DNA of 64,000 bases from a bacterium (GTDB lineage Bacteria > RBG-13-61-14 > DATKZS01). The stretch is from contig CAXXFL010000006.1 in the NCBI GenBank assembly GCA_963674965.2, positions 928,001-992,000 of the forward strand, given 5' to 3'. Both the position numbers and the translations under genes were made by a program. Position 1 is the stretch's first letter. Each line of letters starts with the position of its first letter. Below are positions 36,386 to 45,399 of the stretch, one piece after another. Below the pieces are notes generated by a model. That model did not search any database and was not told the origin of the DNA. It saw nothing but the letters and a program-made list of their open reading frames with translations.

Positions 36386-37912
36386 TCAGATAAACACCGG
36401 CTCCGTTATCAGCGGAGCCAGTGATACCATTTCCTCTCGTCCCTGCCCAAGGTTACCCTGCTCCCTGGCGAGCACCGCGCAGCGGACCGCGTCGATTATA
36501 TGATCGTTGCCCTTCGAATAGATCACCTTGCCGTCCCGGAGCGTGTAGGTATGGGTCGTGAACTGGTCCTCGATCTCCATGTCATCAGCAGGGAAGATTA
36601 TCTGCTTGCGTTGGAGCCCCCCGTTGATAAGGCTGGTCATCAACTCCTTCGTTCGTTTCTTGACCTCGCGCCCGTCCCGAACCGCCAGGGTGGTCATCCC
36701 GCCGAAGTCGAAGCCGTTCAGCCGTCCCTCAAGCTGGAGAGACTTGTACTTGTCGAGGGTGAGTAGCTCCTGCACTACGGCCAGCCCATTGCCTCCGTTA
36801 TCCACTCCGATCCCGACGGGGGTGAAGTACCGGTCGAGGAGGCCGATAGTCTGGGCTATGTGCGGATAGGTGACATGCTCCATGTGTACGCGCAGGATCA
36901 GCTTTATCACCGAGCGTTCCCCCACCTCCATCTCGCGGAAGACCACGATCTCGGTCGGGTCGTTGGTGTAACCGAGGTCGCCCCCGATCCAGAACATTCC
37001 TGTCTGGGGCATGAGGTTGAGAAGCATCTCCAGCCGGTCGTGGGCCGCCTCCTCGGTCTCGCAGTTCTTGAGCTCGTCGCCGGTGATAACCACCTTCTGG
37101 TATTCCAGGAGTTCCTGGCGGCACAGGTTCAGGTACTCGATGTTGAAAGCTCCATAGGAAGGCTTGCCGTGCTCGCCCGCCACTTCGTGCTGCCAGCCCG
37201 CGCTGTCCTTGCCCCCATAGAACTCGATCAACTCCGCCTCGCGCCGTTCGTTCCAGGCCGGGTTCAGCCACGAGGGCCAGCGGAACACGGTGAACTGCTC
37301 CGAACTCGTTAGACGGTAATAGGTCGTGTTCCGGAGGCCGTTCGGGGTCGAGTAGATGCGGAGCTTGCCCTCGGCCTTGAGACACTGGCGCAGGGCCTTC
37401 CAGGCCTTCTCGGACAGCCACGCCCCTTCGTCCACCCATATCCGGTCAACGTGCAGGGAACGGAACGAATCGCCGTATGCTCCAGCCGGACGGAAATAAA
37501 GGATCGTCCCGTTGGCGAATTCCAACCGGAAGTAAGGCTTCCTGTGAATCTTGGGCTTGCCGTACTTGGTGATGGCCACGCTGTCCATCAGGTCGGAGTT
37601 GGCTTCCAACTGGAACTCGATCTCTTCGATCAAAGTGTCGAGGTGGCCCTGGTGGGGAGCCGCGATTAGTCCCTGGCCGCCCGTGGTGATAAAGGCGAAG
37701 TGCAGCGCGTCGGTGGTGATGTTTACGCTCTTCCCTGCATCCCTTCCGTCAAGGTGGATTACATTCCTGTCCCTGCAGCGCAGGTCCTCCACCTGGTGGG
37801 ACCAGTAATCGCGGGCGGTCCCGTCCCGGTTCTTCAGGTACGCCTGGCCCCACCGGACCGGGTCCAGCAGGGTCTCCGCCAGTTTGCGGTCCCTGGCTTT
37901 CAGCGTTGCCAT
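36386..37912 (-). CDS. Terminase large subunit
   Basis: GRDAGKS Walker A variant, IWVDE Walker B, YSTPNG coupling motif, GGDLG and DHIIDA nuclease residues. Confidence 0.9.
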   Translation of the reverse strand: MATLKARDRKLAETLLDPVRWGQAYLKNRDGTARDYWSHQVEDLRCRDRNVIHLDGRDAGKSVNITTDALHFAFITTGGQGLIAAPHQGHLDTLIEEIEFQLEANSDLMDSVAITKYGKPKIHRKPYFRLEFANGTILYFRPAGAYGDSFRSLHVDRIWVDEGAWLSEKAWKALRQCLKAEGKLRIYSTPNGLRNTTYYRLTSSEQFTVFRWPSWLNPAWNERREAELIEFYGGKDSAGWQHEVAGEHGKPSYGAFNIEYLNLCRQELLEYQKVVITGDELKNCETEEAAHDRLEMLLNLMPQTGMFWIGGDLGYTNDPTEIVVFREMEVGERSVIKLILRVHMEHVTYPHIAQTIGLLDRYFTPVGIGVDNGGNGLAVVQELLTLDKYKSLQLEGRLNGFDFGGMTTLAVRDGREVKKRTKELMTSLINGGLQRKQIIFPADDMEIEDQFTTHTYTLRDGKVIYSKGNDHIIDAVRCAVLAREQGNLGQGREEMVSLAPLITEPVFI

Positions 37913-38049
37913 GGGCTTGTCTCCCGGCCTCCGGCGCTGGTTACATCTTCTTCAGAAAGGCCTTGACTTCCGGCCCAATGGAAGCGTGTATGTGAATGCG
38001 CCGACATGATCGGAAAGCGCGATAAAAGACCAACTGAGAGGAGGCACGC

Positions 38050-38238
38050 ATGAAACGAAAGGATGTCCAGGTCGGACGGACCTACCTGGTCAAGGTATCC
38101 GGAAAACTCGTCCCCGTGAGGCTCGACGCCGAGCATCCCAGTGGGGGCTGGACAGGAACCAACAAGGAAACGCGGAGACAGGTCCGGGTCCGGACCGCCG
38201 CCAGACTGCGGTGTGAATACGCCGCGAACCGTAACTGA
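38050..38238 (+). CDS. Small basic hypothetical protein
   Basis: GAGGAGG RBS; first gene of a plus-strand three-gene unit. Confidence 0.6.
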   Translation: MKRKDVQVGRTYLVKVSGKLVPVRLDAEHPSGGWTGTNKETRRQVRVRTAARLRCEYAANRN

Positions 38239-38253
38239 GAAAGGAGAACGATC

Positions 38254-38655
38254 ATGGCAGAAACTCTTCATCAGGCCGCCGAGGCCTACCTGGAACACCT
38301 CAAGTCCCAGGGGAAAAAGGATCGAACAATTTACACCTACGGAAAAGACTTCCAACTCATCGAGGCCCACTTCGGGGCGGACCGGAAGCTCGACACCATC
38401 CTGCCCCAGCACGTGGGAAAGTTCTTCAAGTCCGACGACCTGCTCAAGCTCCCCAGCGGAAAAGAGCGAGCCAGGCCCACCGTTGACAAGACCATGCGAG
38501 TGATGCGCATGTTCCTGGTCTGGGCCAAGGAGACCGGAAGGATCAACAAGCTCCCGCTCCCCAAGGACACGCCCATGGGACACAGCGCCAAGAAGGACCA
38601 GCAGGATGACACAGGAAAGAAACGAAAGACCGCTCAGGCTGCTGCCCAGTCCTGA
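38254..38655 (+). CDS. Stand-alone integrase N-terminal SAM-like domain protein
   Basis: YLEHLKSQGKKDRTIYTYGKDF...TMRVMRMFLVWA mirrors the core-binding domain of the next gene. Confidence 0.7.
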   Translation: MAETLHQAAEAYLEHLKSQGKKDRTIYTYGKDFQLIEAHFGADRKLDTILPQHVGKFFKSDDLLKLPSGKERARPTVDKTMRVMRMFLVWAKETGRINKLPLPKDTPMGHSAKKDQQDDTGKKRKTAQAAAQS

Positions 38656-39553
38656 ACCAATCAAGGAGGCGATCCGCGCCTTCTCCCTGAGACTCGAGGC
38701 TGACGGACGCTCGCCGAACACAATCAGCGCATACCAGCGAGACCTCATGACCCTGGCCCGGGTGCTGACCGAACAGCGCCCGGGTCTTTCAATGGACCGA
38801 ATAAAGCCGGGGATACTGGACGAGGCCATCACCTCGCCGGTGATCTCCCGCACATCGCAAGGAAAGCCACGCTCGCCCGCGTCCATGCACCGATTCAAGG
38901 CCGCGCTCCGCTCGTTCTTCGCCTGGGCCGAGGATACCGGCCTGGTCCCGGAGAACCCGGCCCGGTCGATCAACCTGCGCAGGCTTCCCCGCAAGCCTCC
39001 CGCCTTCCTGACCGAAGCCGAGAAGAAGCGGCTCCTCAAGGAGCTTCGGGGACGGACATCGCCCTTGGCCAGGCGGGACCGGCTTATCATCGAGATGTTC
39101 CTGGGGACCGGCATCCGGCTCCAGGAGCTCGTGGACCTCGACATCGAGGACGTGGACCTGGACGCCAAGCATCTCCGGGTCCGCCAGGCCAAAGGCAATG
39201 TGCCGCAGGTCAAGTTCCTCAAAACCGACCTCCGCTCATTTTTGCGCTCCCACCTTGTGGAGCGCCGTCGGCAGGGAACCGGGGAGTGCTCCGCGCTGTT
39301 CCTCTCCAACCGGGGGACGCGCCTTTCTCCGCGCCAGGTGGCCCGGAGGCTGGCTGTGTGGCTCGAAGCCGCCGGAATCGATAAACACCTTAGCCCCCAC
39401 GCCCTGCGCCACACGTTCGCCACACACCTCTACAGCAGGAACGGGGACATCCTGGTGGTCCAGCGAGCCCTTGGCCATCGGGACCTCTCCACAACCCAGA
39501 TTTACACCCACCTCGTGGACGGCGTTCTGGAGGAGGCCATCGAGCGCCTTTGA
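38606..39553 (+). CDS. XerC/D-like tyrosine recombinase
   Basis: Complete catalytic set: GIRLQEL (R), AKGN (K), HALRH, LGH and TQIY. Confidence 0.92.
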   Translation: MTQERNERPLRLLPSPEPIKEAIRAFSLRLEADGRSPNTISAYQRDLMTLARVLTEQRPGLSMDRIKPGILDEAITSPVISRTSQGKPRSPASMHRFKAALRSFFAWAEDTGLVPENPARSINLRRLPRKPPAFLTEAEKKRLLKELRGRTSPLARRDRLIIEMFLGTGIRLQELVDLDIEDVDLDAKHLRVRQAKGNVPQVKFLKTDLRSFLRSHLVERRRQGTGECSALFLSNRGTRLSPRQVARRLAVWLEAAGIDKHLSPHALRHTFATHLYSRNGDILVVQRALGHRDLSTTQIYTHLVDGVLEEAIERL

Positions 39554-39564
39554 GCGCCCGGCCT

Positions 39565-39927
39565 TCATCGTCCTTCCCCTTGGGAAATTTCCATTAACAC
39601 ATTCTTCATTCTGGTCCGCAGTCGCTTGATCCTTCGCCATGCAAAAAACGACCAGCCCATCACGTCCAGGATTTCCTGCTCGACCTCGTCGAGGATTTCA
39701 ACCGAGGAGCGCCGCAGGGTGGATTCCCCATACTCGACCGCTCCACGCTCCAGCCTCCGTTCAACCAGGGAGACGAACTCGCGCCATTCGCTGGCCAGGT
39801 CCTGGCTCATTCCCGGTTCCTGGATACCCAGGAACACGTCATATCCGACCTTATCTCCCATCCGGTGCTCCCTAACCCTTTGAAACAAGCGGCCCTTGCT
39901 TTTCGGACCGCCGGTGTTATCCGCCAT
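39565..39927 (-). CDS. Hypothetical protein
   Basis: RLERGAVEYG...EVEQEILD motif resembles small nucleotide-pyrophosphatase-like phage proteins; assignment uncertain. Confidence 0.5.
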   Translation of the reverse strand: MADNTGGPKSKGRLFQRVREHRMGDKVGYDVFLGIQEPGMSQDLASEWREFVSLVERRLERGAVEYGESTLRRSSVEILDEVEQEILDVMGWSFFAWRRIKRLRTRMKNVLMEISQGEGR

Positions 39928-40447
39928 CTTTTTTGCGTTTTCGTTTTTTGGCGGGCTTGTCCTTGCCGTCTTTCTTCTCGTCCGCCAGCGTCTTGACCAA
40001 CTTGCTCGCCCATTCAGCGGGGGTGGCGGCCCGCTTCGAGGCGGGATCGGTCTCGCGGGTGATCTTGGTGGTCTTCAAATCCTTGAGGTGACAGCGGATC
40101 ATCCGGTCCAGCCGCTCGGCCGCGTCCCAGTTGCCCTCTTCCTGCGCCCGACTCAGCTTGATGAAGTAAACCGCCACCAGCTCCACCTGCATGAAGTCCG
40201 AGCTCTTGTTGAACACAAAGTCCTTGTAAAGCTGCGCAATGATCTTGTCGAAGATCTTCTTCTCGTCTTCGGCCAGGAAGCGGCTCGCGTAAATGCCGTG
40301 GTTGATGCTATTGAGGTTGCCCTCGGGCGCGCTACGGCCTCGCCCTCGCACCTTCTCGTTGCGGACCCACTTGTCCAGTTCCACCTCGTCGCTCTTGCAA
40401 AGCGTCTTGTCCTGGTCATTGTCTTTCTGTTCATTCATGCTTGTCAT
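39917..40447 (-). CDS. Terminase small subunit (putative)
   Basis: SAPEGNLNSINHGIY motif; upstream of the large terminase. Confidence 0.65.
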   Translation of the reverse strand: MTSMNEQKDNDQDKTLCKSDEVELDKWVRNEKVRGRGRSAPEGNLNSINHGIYASRFLAEDEKKIFDKIIAQLYKDFVFNKSSDFMQVELVAVYFIKLSRAQEEGNWDAAERLDRMIRCHLKDLKTTKITRETDPASKRAATPAEWASKLVKTLADEKKDGKDKPAKKRKRKKDGG

Positions 40448-40814
40448 TTTCGATTTCTTGGTCCGATGCCTCCGACTCGGGCGGGAAATCCGAATTTAGC
40501 GGATTTCCCTCACCGCTTTCTGGCGCGCCTTCTACTGGATTACATACCGGAAACGAATCGAAAGTGTCGGAACTTTTTTCATCGGACCGCTCCTTTTTTA
40601 GAATCTGGTGGACCCGGCGGGGAGAAATTCCGGCCAGCCGCGCGATCTTCTTGACGGGCACGCCCTCGTCCTTGAGGGCCAGCACGAGCTTCTTGCGCTC
40701 GGCATAGAACATCTTGCTGCTCGGCACCCAGAGCAGGCCGGTGAAGTGGGATTGCACCGCCTCGACCAGGTCGGGCGGCAGCACGGCATGAGCGCAGGCA
40801 TAGCGTTTTTTCAT
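40431..40814 (-). CDS. HTH DNA-binding protein (Mor/CD3324-like)
   Basis: VLPPDLVEAVQ...LWVPS and VKKIARLAGISPRRVHQIL. Confidence 0.7.
   Translation of the reverse strand: MKKRYACAHAVLPPDLVEAVQSHFTGLLWVPSSKMFYAERKKLVLALKDEGVPVKKIARLAGISPRRVHQILKKERSDEKSSDTFDSFPVCNPVEGAPESGEGNPLNSDFPPESEASDQEIENDKHE
40538..40569 (-). promoter_or_regulatory. Phage bipartite motif copy 4
   Basis: CGACACTTT-N13-GTATGTA upstream of the small terminase, inside the tail of the HTH gene. Confidence 0.72.
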
Positions 40815-41608
40815 GGGGTCTCCTTGCCTGGCTTCTTGAGCCACGGCTGGGCGACGTGCGGGTTATAGAAGCGCAGTCGGCTCTCGCGGGGACCGGGGAC
40901 GATGATCTCGATGGACTGGCGGGTGACCTCGCCGATTTGCCTTTCGCTCTCCAGAAAGCAGACCAGGCCGTAATCCTCGCCGCAGGGGAATTTGAATTTG
41001 TCTCGGTTCTGGTAGAGGGTGGGTTCGGTCCAGTCGAGGGCCAGAGCTTGGTCCTTGATGGCATCGACCTTCCCCACGGCCTCGGGGGAGACGCGGTGGG
41101 TGAACCTGAAGTTCCCGTTGGCCGGGAAGAGGTGTTCGGGTATCGGCTCGACCGGGGCCATCTTCGCTTCCTGCTTGTCCAGGTCGCCAGCCTTCCAGGG
41201 AACGGGAGGAGAGTAAGCCTGGGCGTCCAGCCGGTTGATGGCCTCTTGTATCTGGCCTTCGCCGAAATTCTTCATCGCCCATTCGTGAATGGGCATGAAC
41301 TTACCACGCAAGTCCTCATAGGCGGCCTTGGCAAGTCTCCCCGAGTCGCATGCTTTTTTCGCCAGCATGATCTTGGAGCGGAGCCAGGCATAGTATTCGG
41401 GATCGAGGCGGCGGAAACAGAGGTCATCGTAAGTGACGTCGCGGGCGTAAAGCTGGAGCTTATCGGTCTCCCAGGTTTTGAGCGTGGGGGAAACGTAAAG
41501 GGCCGGCTGTTGAATCGAGTCGATGGGTTTATCCGATGGGCAGGGACTTATTGGTGTGGCTTCGGTGTCGGCGTTTGAATATTCCTGCATGTGTCGGAGC
41601 AGGCTCAT
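40811..41608 (-). CDS. Hypothetical protein
   Basis: AGGAG RBS before ATG 41608; ATGA overlap with the next gene. Confidence 0.65.
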   Translation of the reverse strand: MSLLRHMQEYSNADTEATPISPCPSDKPIDSIQQPALYVSPTLKTWETDKLQLYARDVTYDDLCFRRLDPEYYAWLRSKIMLAKKACDSGRLAKAAYEDLRGKFMPIHEWAMKNFGEGQIQEAINRLDAQAYSPPVPWKAGDLDKQEAKMAPVEPIPEHLFPANGNFRFTHRVSPEAVGKVDAIKDQALALDWTEPTLYQNRDKFKFPCGEDYGLVCFLESERQIGEVTRQSIEIIVPGPRESRLRFYNPHVAQPWLKKPGKETP

Positions 41609-41645
41609 GGTTCGCTTCTCCTTGCTTGAGATTTGGGGTCCATAA

Positions 41646-41677
41646 GGATACATACTGGAACGCGAGTAAAAGTGTCG
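41646..41677 (-). promoter_or_regulatory. Phage bipartite motif copy 5
   Basis: CGACACTTT-N13-GTATGTA. Confidence 0.75.
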
Positions 41678-41704
41678 GAAGTTTTTTGAAAAAAAGTTCG
41701 CGGT

Positions 41705-42022
41705 GGTGAAAGGGTGAAAGGTTCGGATGGGTCAAAAGGACCTTTCACCATGACCTTTCACCACACCTAACCATTCAATTTCAATAAATAAATAATAAAA
41801 TATGGTGAAAGGGTGAAAGGTATAGATAGATATGTCTATTAATGGACAAAAAATAAAAGCTACCATACCCTCTACATGGCCCCCCACCCATATTTTTTTT
41901 CTTAAACATGGAGAGTGACCTCTGGGAACCTTTCACCCTTTCACCATGCGGGGTAACCATTTGGATTTTCATTCCTTTTTCAGAGTGAAAGGTTCGCCGT
42001 GGTGAAAGGGTACCCTTTCACC
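41705..42022. repeat. Iteron cluster / putative replication origin
   Basis: Ten perfect and one near-perfect GGTGAAAGG copies in both orientations around AT-rich tracts, right after the primase-helicase gene. Confidence 0.75.
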
Positions 42023-42052
42023 CAATGGGCTGAACGGAAAAAAAGAAGCCGG

Positions 42053-45000
42053 TTATCGGGGAAGACAGGTGATGTTGTAAGTGGTGATTCGAGCGTGGCC
42101 TTGATTCAGTTTGATGTCGAACCCAGCCTGTTGGATGGTTTTCAAATCATTCGAGAAACGTTGCGCGAACTGCTGGACGGATTTCATGTTGAAGGAGAGG
42201 CTGAAATCCTTAGCGATCCGGCGGAGGGCGACGAAGAGATCGCGGGCCAGGGCGTCCTTGATCGTATCCTCGTCCTGAAAATCCAGCTGGTAGCGTTCCA
42301 TGAACGCGGCCTTGTTGGACTTGACCACGTTGGTCGCCGTGCTCTCCTGGTCGGCTTCGAGCGCGTGGCGATAAGCCTTGAAGAGAGTGGCAAGGGCCGT
42401 GGCGATGGGGTTGGACTCGCGGGCCGTCTCCAGGCTCACACTGTTAATAGAGGCGATCCGCTCCACGAACTGCGGGTGGAGGGTCTCCAGGGCCTGGGCG
42501 ATTTCCTCGGGGGACTCGCCCGCGATCATCATCAGGTACATGAGGCTCAGGTAGTCGTTGCAGCGGCGCTTGTTGTGATGGCCCAGGGTCTGGTGCAACA
42601 GGCGCATGACCTTCTCCTGCGCCCCGTCCCGGAGCAGGGCCAGGACATGGCTGGTGCGTTTCATCAGCGCGGAGAGGATGAAGTCCCGGCGCTGCTTGAT
42701 GGCGTCCAGGACCTTGGCCTCGAGGAAGCAGTCGCTGGCCTGCTCATTGATGTCGAAGCGGATGATGAAGGTGCGCGAGAGAATCTCGGCCAACTCTCCG
42801 CCCAGCGGCTCAATGCCGGTGGTGTTGAGCAGGCACTTGGTCCGCTCGACGATCGTCTCGGTGTCGGTCCCGCCCCGGCGTTTTTCCTTGGCGATCCCGG
42901 TGATGCTGGTGAGCAGGAAGGTGGTGAGTTCATCGGTCAGCTGGGCGACCTCGATGTTATCCAGGAAGATGCAGGGGTTCCGCGAGCCGTCGGTGTAGTT
43001 GGCGGCTATGGTGCTGGTCTTCTGTTCGGTCTCGCCGTAGAGCAGGGCGGAGATGAGTTTGCTGGCCGTGGTCTTGCCGGACTGCGAACTGCCCTCGAAG
43101 CGGGTCATGGGCCGGGTCCCCACGAAGTCGATGAGTAGGAAGCACGAGAGCCAGAGCAAGATCAGGAAGCGGTCGCCCTGGGCGCAGGGCAGGTTGCAGA
43201 CAATGAGGTCCAGGAGCATCCGATCAGCCTCCTCGATGTCCGCGTCCGGCCGGAACTTGAAGGGCCTCATTTTGTTCGAGGCTTGGAGGATGATCTTGTC
43301 CGCGTTGCCGCCGTTCTTCATGATCTCGATGCCCTCGGGTGTGATCTTGGCTATCTCGTGATCGGAGTTGTTGAGATTGAAGTAAAGGGTATAGCGGCCC
43401 ACGTTGGTGTGGAGCCACATGAAGTCATCCCGCATTTCGCCCCGGTCCATCGCCAGGTTGGACAGGACCTCGTAGAAAGTGCGGCCGCCATTAGTGGTCT
43501 GGACAATGCCGGTGTGCTTGTACATGGTCGAATAGTAACTGCGCTTGCGGCCCCGGTCGAAGCTGTCCATCCACAGGAGCCGATCCTCGAAGAACATGAA
43601 CGGTTCGCCTCGGGGCGTGTAGAAGAACCGGGCCCCGTTGGACAAGAACCACTCGAACGCGACCTCGGCAATCTTGGCGTAGTCCGGCCCGCCCGATGCC
43701 TCGTCGGCCTCGATCATGGCCTGCTCGATCCGGGCGCGGCACGAGCCAGGCGGGGCGTTGGACGTGTATTTTTCCGACCGCCTTCTCCCGCGAGACCGGG
43801 CCGCGCTTTGCTTCTGCGCGGCTTTGACCTGGTCCCGCAGCGTGGTGAGCGAGAGGTTCTCCTTGCCGAACTTCTCCTGGAGAATTTTCAAGTGGCGATT
43901 TTGTTCGAGCGGGACCAGATGGGCAACCTCAAGGAGAATCGGTTCGAGGAGCCGGTTGCGCTCCTGCTCGGGGAGATCGGTCGGCAGATTGACGATCCCG
44001 AACTCCAGGGGCGTCTGGGCCTGGGCCAGAAGACCTTCGAAGTCCGCCCCGGTGTGGCCGGAGAGGAAGTAATCGTTGACGTCTATCTTGGCTTGGGAGA
44101 GCAGCTGCTCGGCCTGCTTGATCTCTTCGTCCGAGCGCCCGGCCAGGAGCTTTTTCAATTCGCCCGGGCCGACGTTTGCGGTGACATTGAATGCTCGCTG
44201 GAGTTGACCGCGGGCTTGCTCCTGCTTTTCGGTTAGAGGGAGGACCACAAGTCTGGTCTCGATATTGTGTTCGGCCAGGATGCTTGCGGTCTTCATGGCC
44301 CCGTGCAAGCCCGCCTGCGAGACCTCGTTGTCCTGGCAGATATAGATGGTCTTCACCCCCCGCAGCTTGGGGATGAGCCGCTCCCAGTCCGCCTGCCGGA
44401 TTCTCACCGTGACCGGCGAGACCGCCGGGAAGCCCTGCTCCATCAGCGAGATGCAGTCGGTCACTCCTTCCGTGATGATCACCCGGTCAGGCCGGGCCAG
44501 CAGACAGTCCTCGTTGAACAGGAAGCTGTTGTTCACGCAGGCCGCGATGTGCTTGTTGGAGCCTTCGTTGTTCACCGGGAGCTTCTTGTACTTGCCCTGC
44601 TCCCAGGGCTTGTCCGGGGTCCAGGGGGTCTTGCGGCCGATCATGAAGACCACGCGGCCCCGGCTCCAGTAGGGGAACACGATCCGAGCGTCAAAGAAGG
44701 GGAACACCCCGTCCTGGCTCGTCGGTCTGAAGGCCCCGCTCGCGGCCAGTTCCCGGAGAGTGAAATTATAGGGAGAGCCGGTCAGGGCCTTGAGCAGGCC
44801 CGGGCGCTCTTCTCCATTCGGACACCTGATCGGGGAGTTTAAGGCATAGCCGATCAGAAGCTTGTCGATGGCCTCATCGGAGATCCCATAATGCGCGTGG
44901 AACCACTCCAGGACCTTGGGGGACTCCTTGAGCCGCTCGTGATAGAAACCCGCGAGCGCGGTCAAGGCTTCCTGCACCCGCAATTCCAAAATGCGCGCGG

Positions 45001-45388
45001 CCTCGGTCTCCTTAAGGTGTTCGGGGGAGAGGCCGTATTCGGATAGCGGCGGCAGCCCGGCCTTTTCCGCGAGGTAGTCCCGGGCGCGGCGATGGCTGTC
45101 GGGCATGGTCCCGGATCGACCGGCGGTCACTTTGCCGGACTGGACGAATTCCACCAGCTGGAGCACGTCCCCGCCCGCGCCGCACCCGAAGCAGTGCCAG
45201 CCCTGCTTGTCGAGCATGATGTGGAGCGAGCGATGGGACTGGCTCTTGTGGTTGGGGCAGTCGCACTGGAGCAGATGCCCCGACTCCTGGATGATGCGCC
45301 CGGCAAGGAGGTCGCGGGCTACCTGGCCGATGTCAATCTCGGTGATGAGCCGGTAATACTCCCTGACGTTTGCGAGCGAGGCCGCCAT
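42053..45388 (-). CDS. Primase (CHC2 zinc finger + Toprim) fused to a helicase-like domain
   Basis: CPNH...CFGC, ITEGVTD, CQDNE and DVND; C-terminal GSSQSGKTT and IFLDN. Confidence 0.88.
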   Translation of the reverse strand: MAASLANVREYYRLITEIDIGQVARDLLAGRIIQESGHLLQCDCPNHKSQSHRSLHIMLDKQGWHCFGCGAGGDVLQLVEFVQSGKVTAGRSGTMPDSHRRARDYLAEKAGLPPLSEYGLSPEHLKETEAARILELRVQEALTALAGFYHERLKESPKVLEWFHAHYGISDEAIDKLLIGYALNSPIRCPNGEERPGLLKALTGSPYNFTLRELAASGAFRPTSQDGVFPFFDARIVFPYWSRGRVVFMIGRKTPWTPDKPWEQGKYKKLPVNNEGSNKHIAACVNNSFLFNEDCLLARPDRVIITEGVTDCISLMEQGFPAVSPVTVRIRQADWERLIPKLRGVKTIYICQDNEVSQAGLHGAMKTASILAEHNIETRLVVLPLTEKQEQARGQLQRAFNVTANVGPGELKKLLAGRSDEEIKQAEQLLSQAKIDVNDYFLSGHTGADFEGLLAQAQTPLEFGIVNLPTDLPEQERNRLLEPILLEVAHLVPLEQNRHLKILQEKFGKENLSLTTLRDQVKAAQKQSAARSRGRRRSEKYTSNAPPGSCRARIEQAMIEADEASGGPDYAKIAEVAFEWFLSNGARFFYTPRGEPFMFFEDRLLWMDSFDRGRKRSYYSTMYKHTGIVQTTNGGRTFYEVLSNLAMDRGEMRDDFMWLHTNVGRYTLYFNLNNSDHEIAKITPEGIEIMKNGGNADKIILQASNKMRPFKFRPDADIEEADRMLLDLIVCNLPCAQGDRFLILLWLSCFLLIDFVGTRPMTRFEGSSQSGKTTASKLISALLYGETEQKTSTIAANYTDGSRNPCIFLDNIEVAQLTDELTTFLLTSITGIAKEKRRGGTDTETIVERTKCLLNTTGIEPLGGELAEILSRTFIIRFDINEQASDCFLEAKVLDAIKQRRDFILSALMKRTSHVLALLRDGAQEKVMRLLHQTLGHHNKRRCNDYLSLMYLMMIAGESPEEIAQALETLHPQFVERIASINSVSLETARESNPIATALATLFKAYRHALEADQESTATNVVKSNKAAFMERYQLDFQDEDTIKDALARDLFVALRRIAKDFSLSFNMKSVQQFAQRFSNDLKTIQQAGFDIKLNQGHARITTYNITCLPR

Positions 45389-45399
45389 ATCGCTCCCGC

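Noticed and set aside
37900-39423. 507-aa minus-strand ORF and other long antisense ORFs (4648..5754, 45370..46722, 53135..54346)
   Set aside because: They are shadows of well-supported genes on the opposite strand in GC-rich DNA and show no recognisable motifs.
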